DNA from: Pseudomonadota bacterium
GTDB lineage: Bacteria > Bdellovibrionota_G > JALEGL01 > DATDPG01
Direction: 5' to 3'
DNA: 64,000 nucleotides
Assembly (NCBI GenBank): GCA_043809315.1
Contig: JAZDDX010000017.1
Location: 32,001-96,000, forward strand
Position numbers and translations under genes: made by a program. Position 1 is the stretch's first letter. The number at the start of each line of letters is the position of its first letter. Of the stretch, positions 28,112 through 36,599 are shown piece by piece. The notes beneath the pieces are model-generated. The model saw only the letters and a program-made list of their open reading frames with translations, was not told the DNA's origin and searched no databases.

Positions 28112-28762
28112 TCAATAAATAAAGGGGAAGAGCCGCTTGGTGTGGGACTGGTAATTCTTGTAGGTGTCGCCAAAGTGAGCCTTGAGAGCGATTTCTTCTA
28201 CATGAATGCGGAAGGCATAAGCGGGGACCATGGTTGCTAGCACGACAAGTAGACCAACGACGCTCTGAAGAAGGATGGAGATCCCCACCGCCATCATGAG
28301 TGCCCCCAAATAGCTCGGGTGTCGGATGAAACGGTACGGTCCGGACTGAATGAGGTGTTGGTCGTCCGCTGTCTGCACCATGGAAGTGAAAGCCGACCCG
28401 AGCATGCGGATTGACCAAAAACGGAGCAACGAACCAGCAGCGAGGACGCTGAGGCCAGAAAAAAGCGACCAAGCGGGCGCGCCCAGAAAGCGTTCTGGAT
28501 GAAATCGGAGATCGCCGACAGGAACGAGAAACATGAGAATTCCCGCGACATAAATGAATAGGCCGCTCTTCTGGTCCGAAAAACTCGGACGAACCATCTC
28601 TTTGGGCGAAGCCGGAGGCTTCATAACGTAGAGGAATATTCCTCCGGCGATCACTAGGAGGACCCGAGGGTTGACAAGAAGGTTCCAACGGCCAGACAAA
28701 GGAAGAACGATCAAAAGGGTCGTTAAACCAAGAGCTTGTGCGAGGGTAATAAGGAACCTCAT
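28112..28762 (-). CDS. Isoprenylcysteine carboxyl methyltransferase (ICMT/Ste14) family protein
   Basis: GPYRFIRHPSY and RI..EE..L...FG..Y..Y motifs; multiple TM segments. Confidence 0.9.
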   Translation of the reverse strand: MRFLITLAQALGLTTLLIVLPLSGRWNLLVNPRVLLVIAGGIFLYVMKPPASPKEMVRPSFSDQKSGLFIYVAGILMFLVPVGDLRFHPERFLGAPAWSLFSGLSVLAAGSLLRFWSIRMLGSAFTSMVQTADDQHLIQSGPYRFIRHPSYLGALMMAVGISILLQSVVGLLVVLATMVPAYAFRIHVEEIALKAHFGDTYKNYQSHTKRLFPFIY

Positions 28763-28938
28763 CGGACCAGCCGAGAATAGCCGAGAGCCGGCGAGAGGGA
28801 GAGACTAAAGATGTCCCATGCCGTGGGTACTATTAGGCCCAGCAGAAAAGAAGAAAAACATAAAGAATAATGATATCAATAAGGTACATGCCGGTCGGGG
28901 GTTGGAATCTTGGCACGGCGCGTGTATTAATTTGAACG

Positions 28939-30957
28939 ATGACCGTGTCTGGCACAGAGCAGCGGAAGCATCGGCGGCAGACCGTTGCACCGGAGAACGC
29001 TGGGGCATCGGTAGATATCGGGGGAGTCCCGCGAAACGGGGTGCTCTTGAATTACTGCGGCGATGGCTTGGGCCTGATGGTGGAAGGCGCGAACCTCGAG
29101 GAACTCCTCCAAAGAAACAAAGGTCGTATCGGTATTCGGCTCGGGGAAGACTTGCTTCTGGGAACCGCACGATCGGTCCGCGCTGAAGCTTGGAAAGCAC
29201 GCGTGGGCGTTCGGATCGAAGAACAGAAGAACGATCTTTTTTTTCGATCGACCGATCTAAATTGGGATCTGATCGAAGACTCGGAAACAATCGCCACTCT
29301 CCTGGAAGACCTAACTTCATCCGGCGCTCGAGCGCCGATCGTAATTTCTCAGGGGAAGGTCTTTGGAAGCGGGATCTGGATAGGAGGAGTGAAGGATCCC
29401 TTCATCGCCGCTCAGGAGATCTCGACCCATTGGGTCCCGGGACCGATTCGTTGTGAACTGACTCTTTTTGGGATCTGCCATGTCTTTGACACGGTCTGTA
29501 CGGGAAAAGAGGGACAGCAACTCCGCGTCCAAGCGCCGACTCGTGTGGTCCGCCTTCTTCGACGGGAAACCGTGCGGGTTAGCGCAACGACAGCAGACGG
29601 GGTACGGGGAGTTCGCGTCGAACACCCCATTCTTGGCAAATCACAGAATAGAATTTCCGTTCTCGAACTGTCGGAAAAGGGTTTGCTGGTCCGGGATCCG
29701 AGCGAATGGATCCACGTGCCGGTGGGGGTGAGATTTCCACTGATGGCCGTGGAGTTGACGGACGGCGACGAGATTTTGGGGTCGGGGGAGGTTCGTGGAG
29801 GTCGTTTTCTCGCGACCGGGGAATATGCCGTCGGACTTCGGTTTACGCCGGCGACCTATGAGGCGAAGACGCGATGGCACAATTTTGTGCTCGGAATGCG
29901 GTACGCCGGCTTGCACTTCGAATACAAAGAATCGGACCACGGAAAGATATGGGAACTGTACGATCGAAGCGGATACCTCGACATGAAACCGCGCGAGTCG
30001 TTCACACCCTTAGTCGACGTGACGAAGCAAAGCTGGCGCTCGTTGTCCGAAGCCGGAACCGGCCTTGCCAAACGCTTGCTCATCCGAGCCGGGGAGAACG
30101 TCGTCGGGAATATGCAACTGGATCGGATCTATCCGAAGGCGTGGTGCGCGCACGGCCTGGCGATTGATCCTTCCGTTTCGAAGATCGTGGCCGGACAGAT
30201 CTATGCGGCCACCGCGGACATCCTCTCGGCCGAGGGAGCCTCGTACCTCTACACGATCACAAACGCGGATCTGGCCTGGAACCAACGGAACTACTACGAC
30301 TTTGTTCAACGCTATCCGTTTCCGGAGCACAACGAACTCCGGAAATTCTATCTTCATGAGGCCGATACAGCGAAGGGATGGGACCTCACCTCGCCGCCGG
30401 GGTTGGTGACGAAACCGGCAAGTTCTTACGACCTGCGAAGAATCGAACGGTACTTCGAAGTCCATGGCAGCGCGATCGAACGGGACGCGTTGGGTTTTGA
30501 TTTTGCGAATCTGACCATGGAATCTCTCGATCGCGAGCTCAAACCCCACGGGTTGGCACGACAGCGCTCGTTTCTGGTGGGAACCATGGGGGGGCGATTC
30601 GCCGGTTTTGCGATGGCTGAGACGGGAACCCTGGGAACCAGCTTGTTTGGAATGCAGTACACGCTTTACGTGCACGTGATGCCGGAGATGGGAGCCGATT
30701 CTCACGCCGTTTACGAAGGACTCCTTCGTGAAGGCCTGGAGCTTTACCGGCAGTGGGGGGTTCAAAACGTGAACGTGTACATGCAGGAATGCCGGCGGGA
30801 GCATTTCGAGGTCCGGGGATTGCGATACATCGAGGAGGCAATTCGGTGGATTTCCAACTGTGCCGCGACGCAGCGGTACACGGCCTTTTCGCAGATGATG
30901 TACGGGCATCTGATGTTACGGCGTGAGTTGCATAAGCAACGAACGCGAGAGAATTGA
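28939..30957 (+). CDS. PilZ-domain protein with C-terminal tandem GNAT-like acyltransferase region
   Basis: Two PilZ-like motif pairs (RKHRR..NYCGDG; RRETVR..ELSEKG); C-terminal beta-beta-alpha-beta GNAT-like patterns (VVGNMQLDR..HGLAIDP; FAGFAMAE..LLREGLELYRQWG). Confidence 0.6.
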   Translation: MTVSGTEQRKHRRQTVAPENAGASVDIGGVPRNGVLLNYCGDGLGLMVEGANLEELLQRNKGRIGIRLGEDLLLGTARSVRAEAWKARVGVRIEEQKNDLFFRSTDLNWDLIEDSETIATLLEDLTSSGARAPIVISQGKVFGSGIWIGGVKDPFIAAQEISTHWVPGPIRCELTLFGICHVFDTVCTGKEGQQLRVQAPTRVVRLLRRETVRVSATTADGVRGVRVEHPILGKSQNRISVLELSEKGLLVRDPSEWIHVPVGVRFPLMAVELTDGDEILGSGEVRGGRFLATGEYAVGLRFTPATYEAKTRWHNFVLGMRYAGLHFEYKESDHGKIWELYDRSGYLDMKPRESFTPLVDVTKQSWRSLSEAGTGLAKRLLIRAGENVVGNMQLDRIYPKAWCAHGLAIDPSVSKIVAGQIYAATADILSAEGASYLYTITNADLAWNQRNYYDFVQRYPFPEHNELRKFYLHEADTAKGWDLTSPPGLVTKPASSYDLRRIERYFEVHGSAIERDALGFDFANLTMESLDRELKPHGLARQRSFLVGTMGGRFAGFAMAETGTLGTSLFGMQYTLYVHVMPEMGADSHAVYEGLLREGLELYRQWGVQNVNVYMQECRREHFEVRGLRYIEEAIRWISNCAATQRYTAFSQMMYGHLMLRRELHKQRTREN

Positions 30958-30992
30958 TTTCCCAAGGATCGCCGTAGAGTAAACTCAGGAGG

Positions 30993-33900
30993 ATGCCGCG
31001 CCGGGGCAACCTCTTTGTCGAGATCACGTTTTGGGTCTGCCTGCTCGCCATTCTTGTCCCAAGGATCGCTCTGGAAGTAGCCGAACGCCGATTATCTTCG
31101 GCGGTGCGCGGAAGCTTGGAAAACGGATGGCGATTGTCGGGAAGCGGAGGGGGAGAGCAGGAGGTTGCGGTTCCGGGCGACCTAAGGCAGACGGGAAGTT
31201 CTTCACTGCATTGGATCTACAAGCGGTCAATCGATACGGCTGAGCTGCGTCGTTACGAACGCCCGGCGCTGGTTCTGGGCCGAATCGGTGATTCGGATTC
31301 CGTCGACTTGAGTGGATGTCGTATTGGAGCAACGGGGATCAACGCCAACGGTGGCCAGCGGGGGTACTGGTGGTCGGTCCTTAGGGTCTATGAGGTTCCG
31401 GATCGGTGCCTTCAAAGCCGCGGGCAACAAACCCTGCAGGTGAACGTGTGGAAGTGGTGGGGCTCCGGATTCGGCATTTTTTCGGGACCCGTGGGAATTG
31501 GGGAATATGAGGAGTTAGCGCCTTCAGCGCGTCTAGTTGAAGCGCTTCGATTTACGACACTTCTCGTTTTCGGATTCGTGCTTCTGGTGGTGTCGGCCTA
31601 TTACGGGTTCGTTTACTTCCTGGTTCCGGTCCGGACCCACAACGGGATCTTCGCCATAACCGCCGCGTTTCTGGGTGGATTCGAAATCCTCACAAGCACC
31701 TATCCGTTTCGGTGGATCGACCGTCCGTGGTTCTTCTATTGGTTTCTGTTAGCGAGCGCCGGAGGCAGCGCGGCCCTGACACTTCGTTTCTTGCAAGTGA
31801 GACTCGGCGCCTTGCCACGAAGGTTCGTTCGAGGCTTTGAAGCAATCACGATCGGCGCTGTAATTGTTGCTGCGGTCGGATTGCGCCCCGATTTTACCTA
31901 CCGAATCTATCTCATCTGGCAGGCGATCTTTATCCTCGGGTTCTTGGTCGCGTACGGTTTTGTCGTTCGGAGTTGGCTCAAAGGGAAACAATCCACGAAC
32001 TGGAGGTACCTCCTCGGGTTTTCGCTCCTTGTGCTGAGCGCGGTCCATGACGTCGTAATAACGCGGCTCGGAGCAGGAAAACCATACTTGATCCCGTATG
32101 GATTCATGGCGTTCGGCGTGGCTGCGGCCCTATCGCTGGCGAAAGAGTATGCGGATGCGTTTCTAAACGTGGAACGACAGGTTTCGGATCGGACGAAAGA
32201 TCTCGCTGTAGCTAACGAACACCTCCGCTCGCTGGAGCAGATGAAAGCTCGGTTCTTCGCGAATCTGTCGCACGACTTCAAGACTCCAATCGCATTGGCG
32301 TTCGCGCACGTGAGCGAGGCGAAACGGGAGGCGGGGGTCTCCCTCCGTGGGGCGCTTGGGGCCGCCGAGCAGGCGTTGAACCGGCTTCAGGGGATGGTGT
32401 TGGATCTGCTAGACACGATGCGAGCGGAGTCGGGAGCTCTCAAATTCACGTGGGAAACGGTCTCCGCGGCTGCCATCGTCCGCACGTGGGCGGCGCCGTA
32501 CCAGATTCTCTGCGACAAGAAGGGATTGACTCTTTCGCTCGACATCTCGGTCGACGAAGACCTCAAGGTTCCGATGGATGTCTCCAAGATGGAGCGGGTC
32601 TTCGGAAACCTGATGGCCAATGCTCTCAAGTTCACCGACGAAGGAGGAATCACGGTCGGTTTGAGGATGGACGCTTCTCAGATCTACCTCGAAGTGAGCG
32701 ATACGGGCCCGGGGATTCCGGTGGAGGAGCGGGAAAAGGTCTTCGACCGGTATTTCCAGGGGGATTCGACCTCCGTACGGGATCATGGAGGCTCGGGGAT
32801 CGGTCTCTCGTTCGTGAAAGAGACGGTTTTGGCCCAAAACGGCCGGGTCTGGGTGGAGGGGGCGGAAACGCACGGATCCCGCTTTGTGGTCGCCCTTCCC
32901 CTTTCCCAGGATGTGGAGATCACCGGGGAACACCGGATCTCGGAAGCGGACATCCGAACCGAAGCGGTCAAAGGTTCGGTCGACGTCCCCTATCCGGACC
33001 CCACTCCCTCGGAACCGCGTGTGGACTGGCCGTCCATCTTAATCGTCGAAGACAACCCGGAGGTGGCCCAGGTCGTCGTTCATACCCTGGAGGACCTCTA
33101 CAACATCTATTTCGCCAAGGACGGCCTGGAAGGTCTGGATCAACTCAAGACCCGGAAGATCGACTGCATCGTGAGCGATCTCATGATGCCAAGGATGGAC
33201 GGGCGAACATTCTTAAAGGAAGTGAAGAAAAACGACCGCTGGAAGGTGATTCCGTTCGTTTGCCTCACCTCGATGAGCGACATGGAGATCCTGATCGAAT
33301 GTTTGCAGCTGGGGGCCAACAATTACGTCACGAAGCCGTTCCATCGGGAAGTGTTGCGATCGACGGTGGCAACGTTGATCCAGAACGCGCAATTCCGGGA
33401 GCAGCTGATCGCGAAAGACAAGATGGCGTCGCTGGGTTTGCTGTCTGCCGGGCTTGCTCACGAGATGCGAAATCCGATTCAAGCAGCCCAAAACCTCCTG
33501 GAGGGCCTGCGGCGTAAATTTGAGCGCTGGGAGAAAATGGATCCGGCGGACCTCGCCGCTGTTCAAGGGGAGATGCGTGTGCTCGTGGACAAAGACAGCA
33601 TCGTTCACGAGGCGTTTCGGGATATCCGCAATTGTGTCCTACGCATCAACAATATGGTCGATGCCATAGGGACCTATTCGACCGGCTCCACGAGACTCAC
33701 GGAGATCGATTTGACCGAGACAGTACAGGACTCCCTAAAGCTCTTGGAAAACAAACGAAAGGAAAAGAACGTCGCTGTGCATTGGGCGGCAGACCAGATC
33801 GTGAAGGTTCAGGCATTCCCGACGATCTCTCAAGCGATCACGAACATTTTGGACAACGCCATCGACGCCGTTCCGGCCGAAACGGGAGAAGTGACAGTTA

Positions 33901-34193
33901 CCGTGTCCGAGGAGGATGGCGAAGTGCATCTTCAGGTCACCGATAACGGGCCGGGGATTCCATTGGGGAACCAGCCGTACATTTTTGAGGCGTTCTTCAC
34001 GACCAAAGGACCGGGCGCGGGAACGGGGCTCGGCTTGTATGTTGCCAAACGGATCGTGGAGTATCATCGCGGAGCGATTCGGGTGCATTCCGAGGAAGGG
34101 CGTGGTGCGATCTTCACGATTCGCCTGAAGAAGGTTCCGGACTTGCAGAATCGGGAAACGATCGACTTCAAGGGTTTTCCGGTCTCATTCTAG
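30993..34193 (+). CDS. Hybrid sensor kinase: extracellular sugar-binding-like domain, 7TM, HisKA-HATPase, REC, second HisKA-HATPase
   Basis: LVLGRIGDSD..IGATG..RVYEVP beta-sandwich; about 7 TMs; LSHDFKTP; IVEDN..SDLMMPRMDG..YVTKP; LAHEMRNP; GTGLGL. Confidence 0.9.
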   Translation: MPRRGNLFVEITFWVCLLAILVPRIALEVAERRLSSAVRGSLENGWRLSGSGGGEQEVAVPGDLRQTGSSSLHWIYKRSIDTAELRRYERPALVLGRIGDSDSVDLSGCRIGATGINANGGQRGYWWSVLRVYEVPDRCLQSRGQQTLQVNVWKWWGSGFGIFSGPVGIGEYEELAPSARLVEALRFTTLLVFGFVLLVVSAYYGFVYFLVPVRTHNGIFAITAAFLGGFEILTSTYPFRWIDRPWFFYWFLLASAGGSAALTLRFLQVRLGALPRRFVRGFEAITIGAVIVAAVGLRPDFTYRIYLIWQAIFILGFLVAYGFVVRSWLKGKQSTNWRYLLGFSLLVLSAVHDVVITRLGAGKPYLIPYGFMAFGVAAALSLAKEYADAFLNVERQVSDRTKDLAVANEHLRSLEQMKARFFANLSHDFKTPIALAFAHVSEAKREAGVSLRGALGAAEQALNRLQGMVLDLLDTMRAESGALKFTWETVSAAAIVRTWAAPYQILCDKKGLTLSLDISVDEDLKVPMDVSKMERVFGNLMANALKFTDEGGITVGLRMDASQIYLEVSDTGPGIPVEEREKVFDRYFQGDSTSVRDHGGSGIGLSFVKETVLAQNGRVWVEGAETHGSRFVVALPLSQDVEITGEHRISEADIRTEAVKGSVDVPYPDPTPSEPRVDWPSILIVEDNPEVAQVVVHTLEDLYNIYFAKDGLEGLDQLKTRKIDCIVSDLMMPRMDGRTFLKEVKKNDRWKVIPFVCLTSMSDMEILIECLQLGANNYVTKPFHREVLRSTVATLIQNAQFREQLIAKDKMASLGLLSAGLAHEMRNPIQAAQNLLEGLRRKFERWEKMDPADLAAVQGEMRVLVDKDSIVHEAFRDIRNCVLRINNMVDAIGTYSTGSTRLTEIDLTETVQDSLKLLENKRKEKNVAVHWAADQIVKVQAFPTISQAITNILDNAIDAVPAETGEVTVTVSEEDGEVHLQVTDNGPGIPLGNQPYIFEAFFTTKGPGAGTGLGLYVAKRIVEYHRGAIRVHSEEGRGAIFTIRLKKVPDLQNRETIDFKGFPVSF

Positions 34194-34205
34194 GGGAGGT
34201 TCGAC

Positions 34206-34739
34206 ATGGAAACGAAAGACAAGTTCCGGGTTCTGGTGATCGACGATGAGAAGGAGATCATCCACGGCTTTAAGCTGGCCTTCGAAAATGAATGGGAAGT
34301 CGAGGGGATAACGCATCCGGACGAACTCAAGAACGATATGAAGGGGGGCTTCCGGAAGTTCCAGCTGTTCGACCTCATATTCTTGGATCTCCTGTTCGAC
34401 GCCCGGATGCAGGTCACCCAGCAGAACGTCGTCGACAAGATCACTCGAGGGGACCTCCTTGGCATTCAGTTCTTGGACTGGTTGGGAAAGAACTACTCCT
34501 GCCCCGTGGTTGTTTTGAGCGGTTTCTTGTTCGACGCCGTCACTGAGAAACTACAGGCGGCCTACCCGTACCTGCTTCTCAAGCCGAAACCGGTGGATCT
34601 TTACGCCCGCGAATTCCAGGGGAACATGGAGCACTACGCACGGACGTTTTACCGGTTCAAGCGGGAGATGCTGTTCGACCGGCCGGCGGAAGAATTGCTG
34701 AGGAAGTTCGACGAGGCGATGGGGAAGAAGCCCTCTTGA
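34206..34739 (+). CDS. Stand-alone response regulator receiver protein
   Basis: VLVIDDE, IFLDL, VLSG, KPKP; no recognisable output domain; GGAGG RBS. Confidence 0.8.
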   Translation: METKDKFRVLVIDDEKEIIHGFKLAFENEWEVEGITHPDELKNDMKGGFRKFQLFDLIFLDLLFDARMQVTQQNVVDKITRGDLLGIQFLDWLGKNYSCPVVVLSGFLFDAVTEKLQAAYPYLLLKPKPVDLYAREFQGNMEHYARTFYRFKREMLFDRPAEELLRKFDEAMGKKPS

Positions 34740-34836
34740 AACCAGCTTACCGGCGTTTTGGGGCGGTGTTCCGCAAAGTTCCGCAAATCCGGGTGTCGGG
34801 CTGTTCGGTTCGAATGATTTCCGGGGCTTAAAAATA

Positions 34837-34933
<97 letters not shown>

Positions 34934-34980
34934 GCTTAAGAGAGGCATTGATTACAGGAAAGCGTGGTACTCGGCAATGA

Positions 34981-36195
34981 CTACGACGCGAACCGTTTCC
35001 GACGGGTGAAGAACGGGACGGCGAAGAGGAGTGCCCAGAGGGCATCGCCCGCTTCGTGCACGCCGCAGCCGCTTGATTTGGCCGTTGCGGCTTTCTTGGT
35101 TTCGGTGGTCGCGGCCGGTTTCTTCGGTTCGACGGTGACCTTGCCTTCGTCGGCAGCCTTCTTGTCGGCGGCGGCCTTTTCCTCGGCAGCCTTCTTTTCG
35201 GCGGCAGCCTTTTCCTCGGCAGCCTTTTCAGCAGCATCCTTGTCGGTCGGCGGCGAATCGTCGACCGCCGGCGCCTCGTCGTCCGTCTTGTCGGTTTCGT
35301 CGGCTGCCGCGCCGCCCGTCTTCGAAGCCTGATCGCCGGCTTCAACCGCCGCCTGCGCTTCGATGATCTTGAACTCGGCGCCGTCGAATTTCAGATTGTA
35401 AGTGCGGTACGTCCCATACGCGTTGCGCATGTCGAGGCGGAGGGTTCCGTTGAAGAATCTCTTTAGAGTCTTTTCGTCGCGCGAGATATCCCCCTTGAGG
35501 TGGAAGAACTCCTTGCCGACCGGGGAAGTGGTGACGGCGCCGTTGTCCGCGGTCACCGTGGTCGTGAAGGTCTTTGTGATCGCGGCGATTTCCAGCGTGC
35601 CGCTCTTGCGATCCCAGCGGTTCAGCTGCTTGTCCGGATCCGAGGCGGTGCTCTTCGGGAGCAACAGGGTGCCGTTCGCTTTTTCGCCGCTCTCTTTCGC
35701 GTAGGGGCTTTCAAGCCAGGCCACGCCGTCGGCGCGCTCGCATTTCTGCAGCTTGATCGTTCCCTTCAGATGTTTAAGCGTCAGATTCTTGTGGTTGGTT
35801 TCCATCTCCGTATAGAGAAGGGCGCCGTCGTACGGCTTGTCCTTGAAGTGGGAAGAGAGAAGGTACTCAGAAAACGTCCGTTCCGACTCTTCGGTCGGCT
35901 CGCCCCCCTTCATCTCGAGATTGGTCACCACGATTCCGCCCTCTTGCGGAACGATCTCGAACTGAACCTCTTGCGGCGAACAGTCACCGGTCCCCTTCAT
36001 CTTCTCGAGAACGGAGGCCTCGACCGCCTCGATCGCTTTGACGATTGCGTCCGGAGAAGTTGCAGACTTGGCCGCCTGTGCCGCCGCCTGCGCCTCCTTT
36101 TTCAACCGGGCCTTTTTCTGGGCCTTAGTTTCCGCAAAAACGCCGGTCGAGATGAAGATTACCAAGGCGGCCAGGGCGAACAGTTTCCGAGTCAT
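34981..36195 (-). CDS. Secreted surface protein with Ala/Glu/Lys-rich stalk and MYXO-CTERM-like C-terminal sorting signal
   Basis: GGAGG RBS + ATG 36195, signal peptide, AAEKKAAEEK repeats, C-terminus SSGCG..ALWALLFAVPFFTRRKR. Confidence 0.8.
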   Translation of the reverse strand: MTRKLFALAALVIFISTGVFAETKAQKKARLKKEAQAAAQAAKSATSPDAIVKAIEAVEASVLEKMKGTGDCSPQEVQFEIVPQEGGIVVTNLEMKGGEPTEESERTFSEYLLSSHFKDKPYDGALLYTEMETNHKNLTLKHLKGTIKLQKCERADGVAWLESPYAKESGEKANGTLLLPKSTASDPDKQLNRWDRKSGTLEIAAITKTFTTTVTADNGAVTTSPVGKEFFHLKGDISRDEKTLKRFFNGTLRLDMRNAYGTYRTYNLKFDGAEFKIIEAQAAVEAGDQASKTGGAAADETDKTDDEAPAVDDSPPTDKDAAEKAAEEKAAAEKKAAEEKAAADKKAADEGKVTVEPKKPAATTETKKAATAKSSGCGVHEAGDALWALLFAVPFFTRRKRFAS

Positions 36196-36303
36196 GATCG
36201 ATCCTCCGGTTTGGGGGGTGAAGCGCCCAATCTGTTTTACGTAGTGCGTCATATTTTCTTGCGCAGGCTTACCAGACGTAATGCCTCGCGTCAAGATGGG
36301 TTG

Positions 36304-36319
36304 AGCAACGTCCGTGCCA
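36304..36319 (-). promoter_or_regulatory. Sigma-54 (-24/-12) promoter
   Basis: Minus strand TGGCACGGACGTTGCT matches TGGCACG-N4-TTGCW exactly, about 110 bp upstream of the surface-protein start. Confidence 0.8.
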
Positions 36320-36459
36320 GCCTTTTGGGGGGGCAAACATACCTAAGTATCTGAAAATACTAAGTGGCAACTGAGCCATTCCCGGTCAAGCTGTGAAATA
36401 AGTGTCCCAAACAAGAGACGTTGTTGTCCTCCCTCGAGTTGTGTACGATCCGCCCGGAC

Positions 36460-36585
36460 TACGGCTCAAGGGATCGCTGGGTCCTGCGCGACGCAAGACT
36501 TTCAAACCCCGCCAGGTCCGGAAGGAAGCAACGGTAGAGAGCCCGCTGCGGGTGCCGCAAAGACCTAGCGATCTGTTGAGCCGTA
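36460..36585 (+). ncRNA. ffs: Signal recognition particle RNA (4.5S)
   Basis: GCCAGGTCCGGAAGGAAGCAACGG helix-8 motif; closing stem TACGGCTCAA/TTGAGCCGTA; directly upstream of dnaX. Confidence 0.93.
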
Positions 36586-36599
36586 CGACGTAACAGCCC

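Noticed and set aside
28911-28926. Sigma-54 promoter before the PilZ gene (TGGCACGGCGCGTGTA)
   Set aside because: The -24 box is good but the -12 box lacks the near-invariant GC; too weak to call.
9650-34739. Prophage or known anti-phage defence system
   Set aside because: No structural, terminase, RT, cas or restriction-modification genes recognised; Fic alone is insufficient.
35150-35240. Short tandem repeats resembling a CRISPR or VNTR
   Set aside because: They encode the AAEKK low-complexity stalk; no spacers and no cas genes. No CRISPR array was seen in the window.
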